Below, piece after piece: positions 52,504-62,163 of a DNA stretch of 64,000 bases (position 1 is its first letter; the number at the start of each line of letters is the position of its first letter). The notes beneath the pieces are model-generated. The model was not told where the DNA came from, did no database searches, and was given only the letters and a program-made list of their open reading frames with translations. Origin of the DNA: an uncultured Desulfatitalea sp. (GTDB lineage: Bacteria; Desulfobacterota; Desulfobacteria; Desulfobacterales; Desulfosarcinaceae); assembly GCA_963668675.2 (NCBI GenBank), contig CAXXMB010000002.1, positions 2,368,001 to 2,432,000 of the forward strand, read 5' to 3'. A program made the position numbers and the translations under genes.

Positions 52504-52768
52504 CGTTCACTTCTCCTGATGGTGTAGCCGTGTCGGGTGGCATCATCTGCAATGTGTGCGCTCTTCAGTGCAATATCAAAAAAACAGTTGGCGCGAACGC
52601 CAATACCGGCGTCATCTCACGCCAACGAAACTGTGTTGTGTTCATCCTCTACGGCATCCCTTATGGGAAGCACCTTGATCTTTTGTCGGTCGTTGCGATG
52701 AACCCTATGTCGCTGCTATCGGCCAGAACCACTTTGCCTGACCGTTGATCATGCCGCCGGCGCCCGGG

Positions 52769-53305
52769 CTATTTGGGTGCCAGCACCATCATCATGGTGC
52801 GGCCTTCGAATTTGGGGAGCTGCTCCACGATGGCAATCTCCTCCATCTCCTGGGCGATCTGCTCAAGCAGCTGCCTGCCTCGGCCCGAGAGGGCGATCTC
52901 ACGTCCTCTGAACATGACCGTGACCTTGACCTTATCCTTGCGCCCAAGGAATTTTCGAATGTGTCCCAACTTGGTCTGCAGGTCGTGGTCGCCGGTTTTG
53001 GGCCGCACTTTGATCTCTTTGACCTGGAATGTGGTCTGCTTTTTTTTGGCCTCTTGCTGCTTTTTGGTCTGCTCGTATTTATAACGGCCGTAGTCCATGA
53101 TTTTGCACACCGGCGGATTGGCGGTGGGCGAAACCTCCACAAGATCGAGTCCGAATTCAGAGGCGGCCGCAAGGGCTTCCCGGATCTGCAATATTCCAAG
53201 CTGGTTGCCGTCCGGATCGATTACGCGAACTTCTCTTGCATGAATACCTTGATTCAAACGTGTGCGTTGCGTTGAGTCTTCTTTTGCAGATTTATAATGA
53301 GCTAT
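52769..53305 (-). CDS. infC: Translation initiation factor IF-3, predicted ATA start
   Basis: LDLVEV, PPVCKIMDYG, KVKVTVMFRGRE; in-frame ATA 5 nt after GGAGGTG SD. Confidence 0.96.
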   Translation of the reverse strand: MAHYKSAKEDSTQRTRLNQGIHAREVRVIDPDGNQLGILQIREALAAASEFGLDLVEVSPTANPPVCKIMDYGRYKYEQTKKQQEAKKKQTTFQVKEIKVRPKTGDHDLQTKLGHIRKFLGRKDKVKVTVMFRGREIALSGRGRQLLEQIAQEMEEIAIVEQLPKFEGRTMMMVLAPK

Positions 53306-53582
53306 GCCAACACCTCCATTTGTACGGGTTTGGTCATTTTTCGGCCGCTTTCGGCCGATGTCAACATGTAGCCCTTTGAAATTATCCGGTATTCATTAGG
53401 GCTACGTTTCTGAAAGCTTATTTTCTTATATAAACGCCTGCAGAAATGCAAGAAAAAAAAGAGCCATGGGTATGGGCAGGCGCCTCTTTCCCCCGGGATC
53501 GTGCTGTCGCTCGGGACGATTGAGTGCGCCGGGCAGTCGGCAGGATCGAATCCATTTTCGTGACTGTTCTCATATCGGCATG

Positions 53583-54101
53583 TCACGCCTGTGTCAATGT
53601 ATATCGGGCCAGGTGGCTCTCCTTCCAATAGTTGATGTGGGGACGTTGGTAGAACGTTTTGAAAAGTGCCAGGCTCTCTCTGCGGCAGACCCCGTGGACG
53701 ATGGTCAGGTCGTTGCCGCTGTAAAGCGAAGGCAGGCGATCACGCTCGCATGCCGTACCGCCGCCCATTGCGTCTTCATAGGCATAGACCAGTGTCCCGA
53801 TGCCGCTGATCAGAATGGCCCCAAAGCACATCAGGCATGGTTCCAGGGTCGCGTAAAGGGTCATGTGGCGGCGATCCGGGGCTTCCTTCAGCTGTTCCAG
53901 TTGCCGCAAGGCGATAATTTCGGCATGATCCAGTTCGCTGGGAACCGCTTTCCGTGTATTGATGCGCTCCCCCTGCGCGATGATTTCACCATCGGCCACA
54001 ATAATGCAACCCACCGGGAATTCATCTTTGTCCAGCGCTTTTTTCGCAATGATTAATGCATGCTGCATGCAGGTTTCGTGGTTCATCGTTTGATCGTCCA
54101 T
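53583..54101 (-). CDS. Zinc-dependent nucleoside/nucleotide deaminase (TadA-like fold)
   Basis: EFPVGC, HAE, TLEPCLMC. Confidence 0.88.
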   Translation of the reverse strand: MDDQTMNHETCMQHALIIAKKALDKDEFPVGCIIVADGEIIAQGERINTRKAVPSELDHAEIIALRQLEQLKEAPDRRHMTLYATLEPCLMCFGAILISGIGTLVYAYEDAMGGGTACERDRLPSLYSGNDLTIVHGVCRRESLALFKTFYQRPHINYWKESHLARYTLTQA

Positions 54102-54661
54102 TACGTTTCGTTCCAGCTACACACTGTGTCATCGCAAGGACACCGGTCATCTACCTCAAAGGCCATGACGATTCGCGAGGCCATTTCTGCGTGAAGTTGA
54201 GAGGCGGTTGACCAGTTGTGGTTGTGCAGTCGGCGGGTGAGTTGCTCTTTTGAAGGAATCTGATTCAAACCGGAAGCGGTTACCCGCCCGGTGCGGCTGT
54301 CCAGGATATCCGCCTGTTCGCCATTGGTGACCACCACCACCGGAATCTGGTAAGGGGCGGCGATTTTAGCCAGGGCCAAGGCAGGCCGGTAGCGGGTGAC
54401 AAGCGATCCCGGGCCGTACTGAATCAGCATGGCCGGACGCTCGTTTATATAAATAATGAAGGTGACCGGCACCTTCGCCGATTTGGCGCCTGCTTTTACG
54501 CATACCACCTCTTGTGATCGAATCTCCGTTCGTTCGTAGCCTTTGGTATCCAATAATAAACGGGCTACTTTCTGGCGATAACGCTCATCGTGGGTGTCAT
54601 CGATCATTCTGCCCGTGATGAGATCCTTGATTTGGCCCAGTATGAGGTGGTGGTCATTCAT
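54101..54661 (-). CDS. Stand-alone HsdR N-terminal-like domain protein
   Basis: DERYRQ...L...KGY and VVVTNG patterns; no helicase domain. Confidence 0.65.
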   Translation of the reverse strand: MNDHHLILGQIKDLITGRMIDDTHDERYRQKVARLLLDTKGYERTEIRSQEVVCVKAGAKSAKVPVTFIIYINERPAMLIQYGPGSLVTRYRPALALAKIAAPYQIPVVVVTNGEQADILDSRTGRVTASGLNQIPSKEQLTRRLHNHNWSTASQLHAEMASRIVMAFEVDDRCPCDDTVCSWNET

Positions 54662-54849
54662 GGTTGTCGGGACCCGATCTGTTTGGGTTTCGGTGGTTGT
54701 CTCAATTGCCGCCCGGCTGAGGAAATTCAGGTTGCCTGGCAAGACGGAATGGGGTACCAATGAGCGACAAGAAATCTATAACACATCCGGCAGCCGCTGT
54801 TAATGCGTTATCGTAATGGCCCAAAGTTGCCGGTTGGTCGAAAACAGCC

Positions 54850-55905
54850 ATGACGTTACGCGAGGAATTTGAAAAGCGGGAAGACAACTTCATGTCGCCC
54901 TATGGGTGCAGGAGCGGTAATTCGCTCGGACGCACGCGTCCGGAAGCGGCTTGCCCCATTCGCACCGCCTTTCAGCTCGATAAGGATCGCATCCTGTTCA
55001 GCAACGCCTTTCGCCGGCTCAAGTACAAAACCCAGGTGTTTCTCAATCCATCTGGAGACGAGTACCGCACCCGACTGACCCATACGCTGGAGGTGGCCCA
55101 GATTTCACGTACCATTGCCCGGGCCATGTTTCTCAATGAGGACCTGGCAGAAGCGATCGCCCTGGGGCACGACCTGGGGCACACCCCTTTCGGCCACGGT
55201 GGTGAGATGGTGCTCAAGGAGATCTTCTCTAAAGGATTCTCCCACCAGGCCCAAGGTATCCGGGTGATCGAAGTTTTGGAGAATTTCGGCCAGGGACTCA
55301 ATCTCACCTATGAGGTGCGGGACGGCATCCTGAGGCACTCCAAGGGATATGGCAAGATCATGCCGGACAATCCCCGTGAACTGCCCGCCACCTCCGAGGG
55401 TCGTGTGGTGCGGGTGGCCGACATCATGGCTTACCTGAACCACGATCTTGAAGACGCCATCCACAGCGGCGTGATCACCGAAAAGGATATCCCCGACGTT
55501 TGCAACCGGGTGCTGGGGACCTCCTCCGACGAGCGTATCACCACCATGATGACCGATTTGATCTCCACCAGCCGGCCGAACAACGGCCAGTTGCTTTTCG
55601 ACATGACAGACAAGGTTTACGGGGCCATGTCGGTGTTGCGCCAGTTCCTTTACGAAAGGGTCTACCGGTCGCCGCTGGTGCACAACGAGTTCATCAAGGC
55701 CAAGAAGATCATGTCCGAGCTGTTTGTCTATCTGCTGGAGAATGAGACCCTGCTGGACGAAGAGCTGGCCCGAATGCGCCTGCCGGCGCTGCACACCACC
55801 GGCAGCTCCAAGGAGCGCATGGTGTGCGACTTGCTGGCCTGCATGACTGATCGATACGCCCTCTCCCTCTATGCCAACACCTTTTTCCCCTCCCAGATGC
55901 GTTGA
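54850..55905 (+). CDS. dgt: dNTP triphosphohydrolase (dGTPase-like HD protein)
   Basis: FRRLKYKTQVF, RTRLTHTLEVAQ, HDLGHTPFGH, ADIMAY.NHD, MTDRYA. Confidence 0.93.
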   Translation: MTLREEFEKREDNFMSPYGCRSGNSLGRTRPEAACPIRTAFQLDKDRILFSNAFRRLKYKTQVFLNPSGDEYRTRLTHTLEVAQISRTIARAMFLNEDLAEAIALGHDLGHTPFGHGGEMVLKEIFSKGFSHQAQGIRVIEVLENFGQGLNLTYEVRDGILRHSKGYGKIMPDNPRELPATSEGRVVRVADIMAYLNHDLEDAIHSGVITEKDIPDVCNRVLGTSSDERITTMMTDLISTSRPNNGQLLFDMTDKVYGAMSVLRQFLYERVYRSPLVHNEFIKAKKIMSELFVYLLENETLLDEELARMRLPALHTTGSSKERMVCDLLACMTDRYALSLYANTFFPSQMR

Positions 55906-55929
55906 GCGGAATGACGCGATAGGATATCC

Positions 55930-56532
55930 ATGGACCACCATCGCCACCTTATGAAAGCGCTTGCAGATCTTTTCGATGATATGGACCGGGCCTACGACGA
56001 GGTGGCCCGGCAGTGCGGTTTCGAGTGCAACGGGTGTGAGGATAACTGTTGCCGGACGCGTTTTCACCATCACACCCTGGCCGAGTATCTCTTTCTGAAG
56101 GAGGGACTGGCGTGCCTTTCGGATAATGCACGGCAACGGGTCGCCAAGCGGGCTGTGGACGTCATGACGCGTATGCGCGCTGCCGAAGCGGCCGGTAGGC
56201 CGGTGAAGGAGATGTGCCCCTTGAACGAAGATGAGCGCTGCCTTCTTTATGCCAGCCGCCCCATGATATGCCGCCTGCACGGCATTGCCCACCAGTTGCG
56301 CCGACCCGACGGGCAAATTCAGTCTGGCCCCGGGTGCGGAGACTTCGACCGCCAGTGCGGCCCACAGCCCAAAGCGGTGCTCGATCGTACCCCGCTCTAC
56401 ACCGCTATGGCCCAGATAGAGAGACAGTTGCGATCGTTGTGGGATTACCATACGAAAATCAAAATGACCATTGCCGAAATGGTGGTCGCCATCCTCGATG
56501 AACCCGGCGACGGGCCTCTGTCAGGAACTTGA
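55930..56532 (+). CDS. YkgJ-like cysteine-cluster protein
   Basis: CNGCEDNCC, CPL, CLLYASRPMICR. Confidence 0.8.
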   Translation: MDHHRHLMKALADLFDDMDRAYDEVARQCGFECNGCEDNCCRTRFHHHTLAEYLFLKEGLACLSDNARQRVAKRAVDVMTRMRAAEAAGRPVKEMCPLNEDERCLLYASRPMICRLHGIAHQLRRPDGQIQSGPGCGDFDRQCGPQPKAVLDRTPLYTAMAQIERQLRSLWDYHTKIKMTIAEMVVAILDEPGDGPLSGT

Positions 56533-56533
56533 G

Positions 56534-57316
56534 ATGAAATATATCGACCCCGGCCAAATCGATCAACTGCCCGGCAAACAGATCAAGCCCGGCGAACGGT
56601 TCGCTTTCCGCTGCCACTCTCAACTGGCCTGCTTCAACCAGTGCTGCCGCAACCTGAATCTGTTTCTCTACCCTTACGATGTTCTTTGCCTGAAAGATCA
56701 CCTCAAGCTATCTTCGGACCAGTTTATTGATGAATACGTGGATGTGGTCCTGCGCGAAGGCCACCACTTCCCCGAAGTGCTCCTGCGGATGTCGGAGAGC
56801 GAAGGTCACCCCTGCCCCTTTCTTTCCGAACAGGGCTGCCGCGTCTACAAGGCCCGCCCGCACACCTGTCGTCTTTTTCCCATGGAGCAGGGCGTCTATT
56901 TCAATGCGGAAAAAGGAGATGCGAAACCGCTCTACTTCTTTCGTCCGCCCGAGTTCTGCCGTGGGCCGGAAGAGCCCTACACCATGAGCGTCGATGAATA
57001 TCTTCGGGATCAGAATGCCTTGGCGCATTTCAAAATGAATCTGAAATGGGCCAAGGTGAGGCAGTTATTCGGCAACGATCCATGGGGACTCGAAGGCCCG
57101 CAAGGAGCAAAAGCAAAAATGGCCTTCATGGCCGCTTACAATATCGACCGCTTTCGGGAATTTATTTTCAACAGCAGCTTTTTTAAACGCTACCATGTGA
57201 AGTCAACCCTGGTGAAGCAGATGCGCCGTTCGGATAAGGCCCTGCTGGAATTTGGTTTTGAATGGATTCGCGTTTTTGTGTGGGGGCAGCCATCCAAGCA
57301 GATGCGCGTGAAATAG
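56534..57316 (+). CDS. YkgJ-family cysteine-cluster protein
   Basis: CHSQLACFNQCC, CPFL, CRVYKARPHTCRLFP. Confidence 0.85.
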   Translation: MKYIDPGQIDQLPGKQIKPGERFAFRCHSQLACFNQCCRNLNLFLYPYDVLCLKDHLKLSSDQFIDEYVDVVLREGHHFPEVLLRMSESEGHPCPFLSEQGCRVYKARPHTCRLFPMEQGVYFNAEKGDAKPLYFFRPPEFCRGPEEPYTMSVDEYLRDQNALAHFKMNLKWAKVRQLFGNDPWGLEGPQGAKAKMAFMAAYNIDRFREFIFNSSFFKRYHVKSTLVKQMRRSDKALLEFGFEWIRVFVWGQPSKQMRVK

Positions 57317-57360
57317 GAGGCATCTCTTCTTTTGCCCCCCTGAACCAAAACCAAAGCTTT

Positions 57361-58176
57361 TTAAACCACCCCTGGCGGCATTGGTGCGATCTTCTCCCCC
57401 CCTAATACAAAGCCGCCATCCAAACGCAGAACACTCCCGGTCATGAAGGGCGCATCCTCGATGATGAACCGAACGGCCTTCACCGCATCGTCCAGGTGTC
57501 CGGTTCGTCCCAGGAGCGTGTGATCGATGATCGCGTTCTGCTGGACTTCATCGAGCAGGCCCCATCCCCTGGTTCCTTCGGCATGCCGGGTCTCGAAGAT
57601 GCCAAGCATGATTTCGTTGACGCGCACCGCCGGCGCCCCCAAACGTGCCCACGTTTCGGTGAGCAGGGAGATCCCCCGGTTGGCGGCGGCGTAGCCCTCA
57701 TTAAACAGATAGCTGGCCGGCCCGCTGCGGCCCACCATCGCTGCGATGGAAGACAAGTTGATCGCAACCCCTTCGCCCGACTGCTTGAGATAGGGCAGTG
57801 CGGCCGTAAAGACCCACTGTTTGGCCCTGAGCGTGGTGGCCAGCTCCATGTCCCACTGTTCAGGCACATATTCTCCATGAACCACCGGCATTCCGCCGCG
57901 TTCGATGTTGTTGACCAATATATCCAGACGGCCGAAGCGTGCAATCACCTTTTGAACGAGGTCGTCCGCCGCTGCGGTTTCTATCAGGTTGACCGGGATG
58001 ATCATATACTCCTGGCCGGCATCCGCCGCATCGCGCTTAAGGTCGGGCAGGCTCTCCAGCCAATCATAGTAGGTGTAGACCACCCGTGCGCCGGCTCGGG
58101 CCAGATCGAGGCCGATGGCCTTGCCGATGCCTTTGACGCTGCCCAATACCAGTGCCACTTTATCGGTTATCTCCAT
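57361..58176 (-). CDS. SDR-family oxidoreductase
   Basis: LGSVKGIG, LDILVNN, NLSS, YAAAN, MTGSVLRLDGG. Confidence 0.88.
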   Translation of the reverse strand: MEITDKVALVLGSVKGIGKAIGLDLARAGARVVYTYYDWLESLPDLKRDAADAGQEYMIIPVNLIETAAADDLVQKVIARFGRLDILVNNIERGGMPVVHGEYVPEQWDMELATTLRAKQWVFTAALPYLKQSGEGVAINLSSIAAMVGRSGPASYLFNEGYAAANRGISLLTETWARLGAPAVRVNEIMLGIFETRHAEGTRGWGLLDEVQQNAIIDHTLLGRTGHLDDAVKAVRFIIEDAPFMTGSVLRLDGGFVLGGEKIAPMPPGVV

Positions 58177-58346
58177 CTCTTTTCTTCTCCCTTGGTGGGT
58201 TGTTGTTCGAATGATATAGCACACCTTTAAAAGCGGATGAACCGGCATTTCCATTTCAACCGAAAGTGATGGCACGGCATGAACCTCTCCAGGCAACGGG
58301 GAGGTCATTGATATAGCCAAAATATACTTCAGGTGCTCTTTTAAGC

Positions 58347-58829
58347 TTAATCGGGAACTCCGTTAGAATCGGAGACAGGCCTGATGCACAGAGTATAGAC
58401 ATCGTGGGCAGGGATGAACTTCCGAGTATTGCCCTTTCGCCCCAACAACCGAACCACGGACACCAGCACCGGATTTGGCCGGGCAGGGCTGCGCGTGGCA
58501 AAAATGCCCTGCAGGGCAATGTCCTTGCGTCCCATGGGATGCACCTTGCGCAATTGACGCCACTTTGGATCGACCAGATGCGGCCAATACAACACCATAA
58601 TATGGGAAAATGCTTCGATGCCATCCAGGAGCTCCGCCCATTCATCTTGAATGACCAATCGGCCCAGGCTGTTTTCCACCTGCAGATAATAGTGTTTGAT
58701 GCGTTCCATTCGCACGGATGGGTCAAGGTCCAATTCCCCGGCTTGCAGCATTGGCTCCTTGATATCATTGAGGACCCTGCCGATGGGTGTGAACATTATT
58801 TCTGTATTTAAATTTGAGTTGTTCGCCAT
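58347..58829 (-). pseudogene. TrmO/TsaA (YaeB)-like SAM-binding protein, C-terminally truncated
   Basis: PIGRV, LDGIEAFSH, GIFATRSPARPNP present; expected LD..DG.P..DIKPY tail not found in the frames I translated. Confidence 0.7.
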
Positions 58830-59289
58830 TGAATCACCTCTAAGCCGCATTTGATTTTTTCGGGTAAAGCCCATATATGGCCGGTCATTTCAGAAACAGT
58901 ACCCTCGTTCGATGGGCCCATACCACCTCTTCTGTCCTTATATCTGCTGGCCTACCAGAAAGGCATAGTTTTCGTCCACTTTTAAATAATTTCAACAATT
59001 CAGCCGGGTCCAGAACAGCTTGCAGGCCATGGCGCACAAGCCCGATAGGCAAAGAGAGTCAACGCCCAGCTTTGTGCGCCGACTGCAGCACGGGGGCGCA
59101 GAGACCATCGTCGGTTTTGTATTGCAAAGAGGTGGTCGGCGGTGCCGGTGGTCGATCATGCGCCCGGCCGCGAGGCCGTCCATGAACACCGAGAGTACCG
59201 CGACCACCGCAGTGGCGGAAACGGATGAAGAGCTGATCACCTGGGGCGGTCACTGCACGCTGTGAACATTCTTTCGCGTGGGCTTGGCG

Positions 59290-59772
59290 TCAGGCGGAAC
59301 GCAGATGCCGACGTCTCCCCCGCCAGCCGTATAGCAGGCCGAAGAGACCGAAGATGACGGCCAGACCGGTAATGATGCCTTGAACCCGGCTGCCGCCAGG
59401 GCGTTTTACGACCGGGACTTGGTTCGTTACCGGCTCATGTGTGGGGGATTCGGCCGTTGCAGCCACCTCTGTTTCCACCTCCAGCCGATGACCCATGCCG
59501 TCCGACACCACGGCCTGCCAGCGGCCGGGTTGGTCGGGCAGGAACATCATGATGCCGTTGCGGTCGGTGCGGCCGGTCTGGAAGGCGATTTTTGAATCGG
59601 GGGCCTTGATCTCCACCGCTGCGTAGCTCATGGGTTCTCCGTCATCGTACACGGCGGTGACCTGATAGCCCTGTTCCGGATCGATCGATCCGGCCACGCC
59701 GTGGCATTGGCCCGTCTGCGCCCAGCCGGCCACGATCGTCAGGGTGATGATCCATTTGAACAGGTGTCGCAT
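59290..59772 (-). CDS. Exported, membrane-anchored NikL/CbiL-like protein
   Basis: Signal peptide then HGV; YDDGEPMSYAAVEI, QTGRTDRNG, DGMGH; C-terminal TM helix. Confidence 0.65.
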   Translation of the reverse strand: MRHLFKWIITLTIVAGWAQTGQCHGVAGSIDPEQGYQVTAVYDDGEPMSYAAVEIKAPDSKIAFQTGRTDRNGIMMFLPDQPGRWQAVVSDGMGHRLEVETEVAATAESPTHEPVTNQVPVVKRPGGSRVQGIITGLAVIFGLFGLLYGWRGRRRHLRSA

Positions 59773-59783
59773 AATATTGACTC

Positions 59784-61169
59784 CTAAGGGGTATTGGTCT
59801 CCTCATGCATCTTCTGGCGAGCAAAGAAAAGATAAACCAGCCCGCCTGCCGCTATGGTGATCACTCCGCACAGGGCAGCCACCGGCCGGCTCTTGAGAGA
59901 GAAGAGGATGATCCAACCGTTGCCCAGTATGTAGATCAGTGCGGGTAAGGGATAAGCGAACGTTTTATACGGAATCGTGGCCCGGTCCGCTTTTCGGCGG
60001 ATGCGCATCAGGCCGGTCACCGTCAACATGGCGCACAGGGAGAGGGTAAAGCCGATGTAGATCAGCAGGGTTTCAAACGAAGCGGAAAGCACCATGACGA
60101 TAGCCAGCACGGCCTGCAGAAAGATGGCGGCGGCCGGGGTTTTGCGCTCCGGGTTCAAGCGGCCGAGGAGGGTAAAGAAGACCCCATCCCGGGACATGGC
60201 GTAGTAGATGCGCGGGCCGGTCATGATCATGGCGCTGAGCACCGAGAGGATGCCCAGGGCCACGGCGCCGCTGAAGAGCCGGCTGATGCCGGTTCCGAAC
60301 AGGGCCACTGCCGATCGGGCGCCGACCTCGAGCACGCCCTGCATCTGCCCGGCCGGCAGGGCATAGATGTAAACGGCATTGAGCAGCAGGTAAATGACGA
60401 TGACGACGGCGGTTCCCAGGGCCAGGGCCATAGGAATGTTGCGCTGGGGGCGTACGATCTCACCGCCAAGATACGCGGCTGCATTCCAGCCGCTGTAGGC
60501 GAAAGAGACGAAGATCAGCGAGACGGCGAACTTTTCCGCAGATACGGTCGTGCCGGCGGATGCGAAGTTGGCCCCCGAACCCTTGCCGAACAGAACACCG
60601 GCCAGGATGAAGACGACGATCAGAACGACTTTGAAGATGGTCAGTCCGTTCTGGACATTGCTGCCCACGTGCAGGCTGTGGTAGTGGAGCAGGGAAAAGA
60701 CGACCACCGCGGCGATGGCGACGGCATTCAAGCTGGAGAACGTGGCCAGATGCCATTGGCCGATGGAGATCAACACAGGGTCTCCGGCAGGGATGGACAG
60801 CGCCTGGAAGCTGTAGGTGGCGAAGGCGATGGCCGCGGCTGCGATGGGCGCCGAAAATCCCACGACCAGGGAGATCCAGCCGGAGAGAAAGCCCACCGGC
60901 CGGCCGAAGCTCTCCTTTAAAAAGACGTACTCACCGCCTGCCCTGGGGAATCGGGCCCCCAGCTCGCCGTAACACAGTGCACCGCATAGGGCGAAAACAC
61001 CGCCGAACAGCCAACACAGCATCAGGGCGCGGGGGGAGCCCACTTCCGTCAGGATGAAGCCGGAGGTGGTGAAGATGCCGGTGCCCACCATGTTGGCGAT
61101 CACCAGGATCGTGGCCGTAAAAAGCCCGATCTCGCGGCGCAGGCTGTTGCCATTGGGGCTGCCGGTCAT
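59784..61169 (-). CDS. APC-superfamily amino acid permease
   Basis: NMVGTGIF, ELGARFPRAGGEY, FAYSGWN, GPRIYYAMSRDG; ATGA overlap with upstream gene. Confidence 0.93.
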   Translation of the reverse strand: MTGSPNGNSLRREIGLFTATILVIANMVGTGIFTTSGFILTEVGSPRALMLCWLFGGVFALCGALCYGELGARFPRAGGEYVFLKESFGRPVGFLSGWISLVVGFSAPIAAAAIAFATYSFQALSIPAGDPVLISIGQWHLATFSSLNAVAIAAVVVFSLLHYHSLHVGSNVQNGLTIFKVVLIVVFILAGVLFGKGSGANFASAGTTVSAEKFAVSLIFVSFAYSGWNAAAYLGGEIVRPQRNIPMALALGTAVVIVIYLLLNAVYIYALPAGQMQGVLEVGARSAVALFGTGISRLFSGAVALGILSVLSAMIMTGPRIYYAMSRDGVFFTLLGRLNPERKTPAAAIFLQAVLAIVMVLSASFETLLIYIGFTLSLCAMLTVTGLMRIRRKADRATIPYKTFAYPLPALIYILGNGWIILFSLKSRPVAALCGVITIAAGGLVYLFFARQKMHEETNTP

Positions 61170-61984
61170 GGACGAACCTCGAAGGCGAAGGTCACGTTGT
61201 GCATATACTGATCGCATGTTTCGGGGTCGGGGTAGGCCGGCCGGTGGGAGAGCACCACCATCCAGTACCCGGCCCGATCCAGCGGAATGTCGGCGTTGCC
61301 CTCGGCATCGGTGACGGTTTCCACCGGATAGCCGCCGGACCCATGGTGCCCCTTGCTTTTAGCCCCTGACGCGGCACTTTTTTCCTTCTCAAAACCGGCA
61401 TAGACGGCTTTCACATCCGCACCGGCCAGGGGGCTGCCCTCATGGAGCACGCGGACCGAGAACCGATCACCGACCTTCAACTGTCCGGGATCGGAGACCG
61501 GGATCAACTCCAGGGGCTGCCCGGAGCGGGCTTCGACGTGTTGGGCGCTGCCGCCGGCCAGCAGAACGGTCTTGGCTTCGATGTGGAAGTTGGTGCACTT
61601 GACCGCGTCGGGCACCTGCTTCCTGTTGCCCCACTTGCGGCCCTCGGGGGTGGTGGTGAAGAACCCGGGTTTGATTCGGGCCGTCACGACATAGGCTCCC
61701 GGCTTGTCGATGGGCAGGCGGTAACGTCCCAGGGCCACCGATTCGAGATCGATGGTGTGGCCGTCGGGGGTCAGCGCCTGGATGGTGGCCACCCGGCCCT
61801 CTTTGATCGCTTCGTCCGTGCGGTCAGCCTTATATTGATGGCCCCAGCCGATGCCGATCTCCACCGTGGAGCCCACCTCCGGGTAGTAATTCGAAGGGTT
61901 GAGCCACAGCATGTGCGCCCCGGCCGGCATGGCGATCAACGCCTGGAATATGATCAAAAAGAAGCAAAAGACGATCTTTTTCAT
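61166..61984 (-). CDS. DUF4198-domain periplasmic protein
   Basis: Signal peptide AGA|HMLWL, IGWGH, GQPLELIP, TDAEG...GYW; GAGGAG SD. Confidence 0.82.
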   Translation of the reverse strand: MKKIVFCFFLIIFQALIAMPAGAHMLWLNPSNYYPEVGSTVEIGIGWGHQYKADRTDEAIKEGRVATIQALTPDGHTIDLESVALGRYRLPIDKPGAYVVTARIKPGFFTTTPEGRKWGNRKQVPDAVKCTNFHIEAKTVLLAGGSAQHVEARSGQPLELIPVSDPGQLKVGDRFSVRVLHEGSPLAGADVKAVYAGFEKEKSAASGAKSKGHHGSGGYPVETVTDAEGNADIPLDRAGYWMVVLSHRPAYPDPETCDQYMHNVTFAFEVRP

Positions 61985-62058
61985 GTTTATCTCCTCACTT
62001 TCCGATTTAAATGCCTGTATGCGTTTCCACTCAATGTTATTCACTCAGAGGCGGGCGC

Positions 62059-62083
62059 GGGCGAGGATAAACCCAGCCCCTAC
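62059..62083 (-). repeat. GTAG-type REP-like sequence
   Basis: Minus strand GTAGgggctgggtttatcctcgccc: GTAG tetranucleotide plus imperfect palindrome. Confidence 0.55.
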
Positions 62084-62163
62084 AACGCCGGTTATGGATC
62101 AGGGGCCGTACTCTATTTTCGTATATCATTTTACCCATTCGTCTCCCTGGCAGGAGCGCCCAT

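Noticed and set aside
54101..54661. Type I restriction-modification system
   Set aside because: Only a small HsdR-N-like domain; no helicase, hsdM or hsdS.
58877..59265. Small ORFs between the TrmO-like and NikL-like genes
   Set aside because: Mutually overlapping, no SD or recognisable motif.
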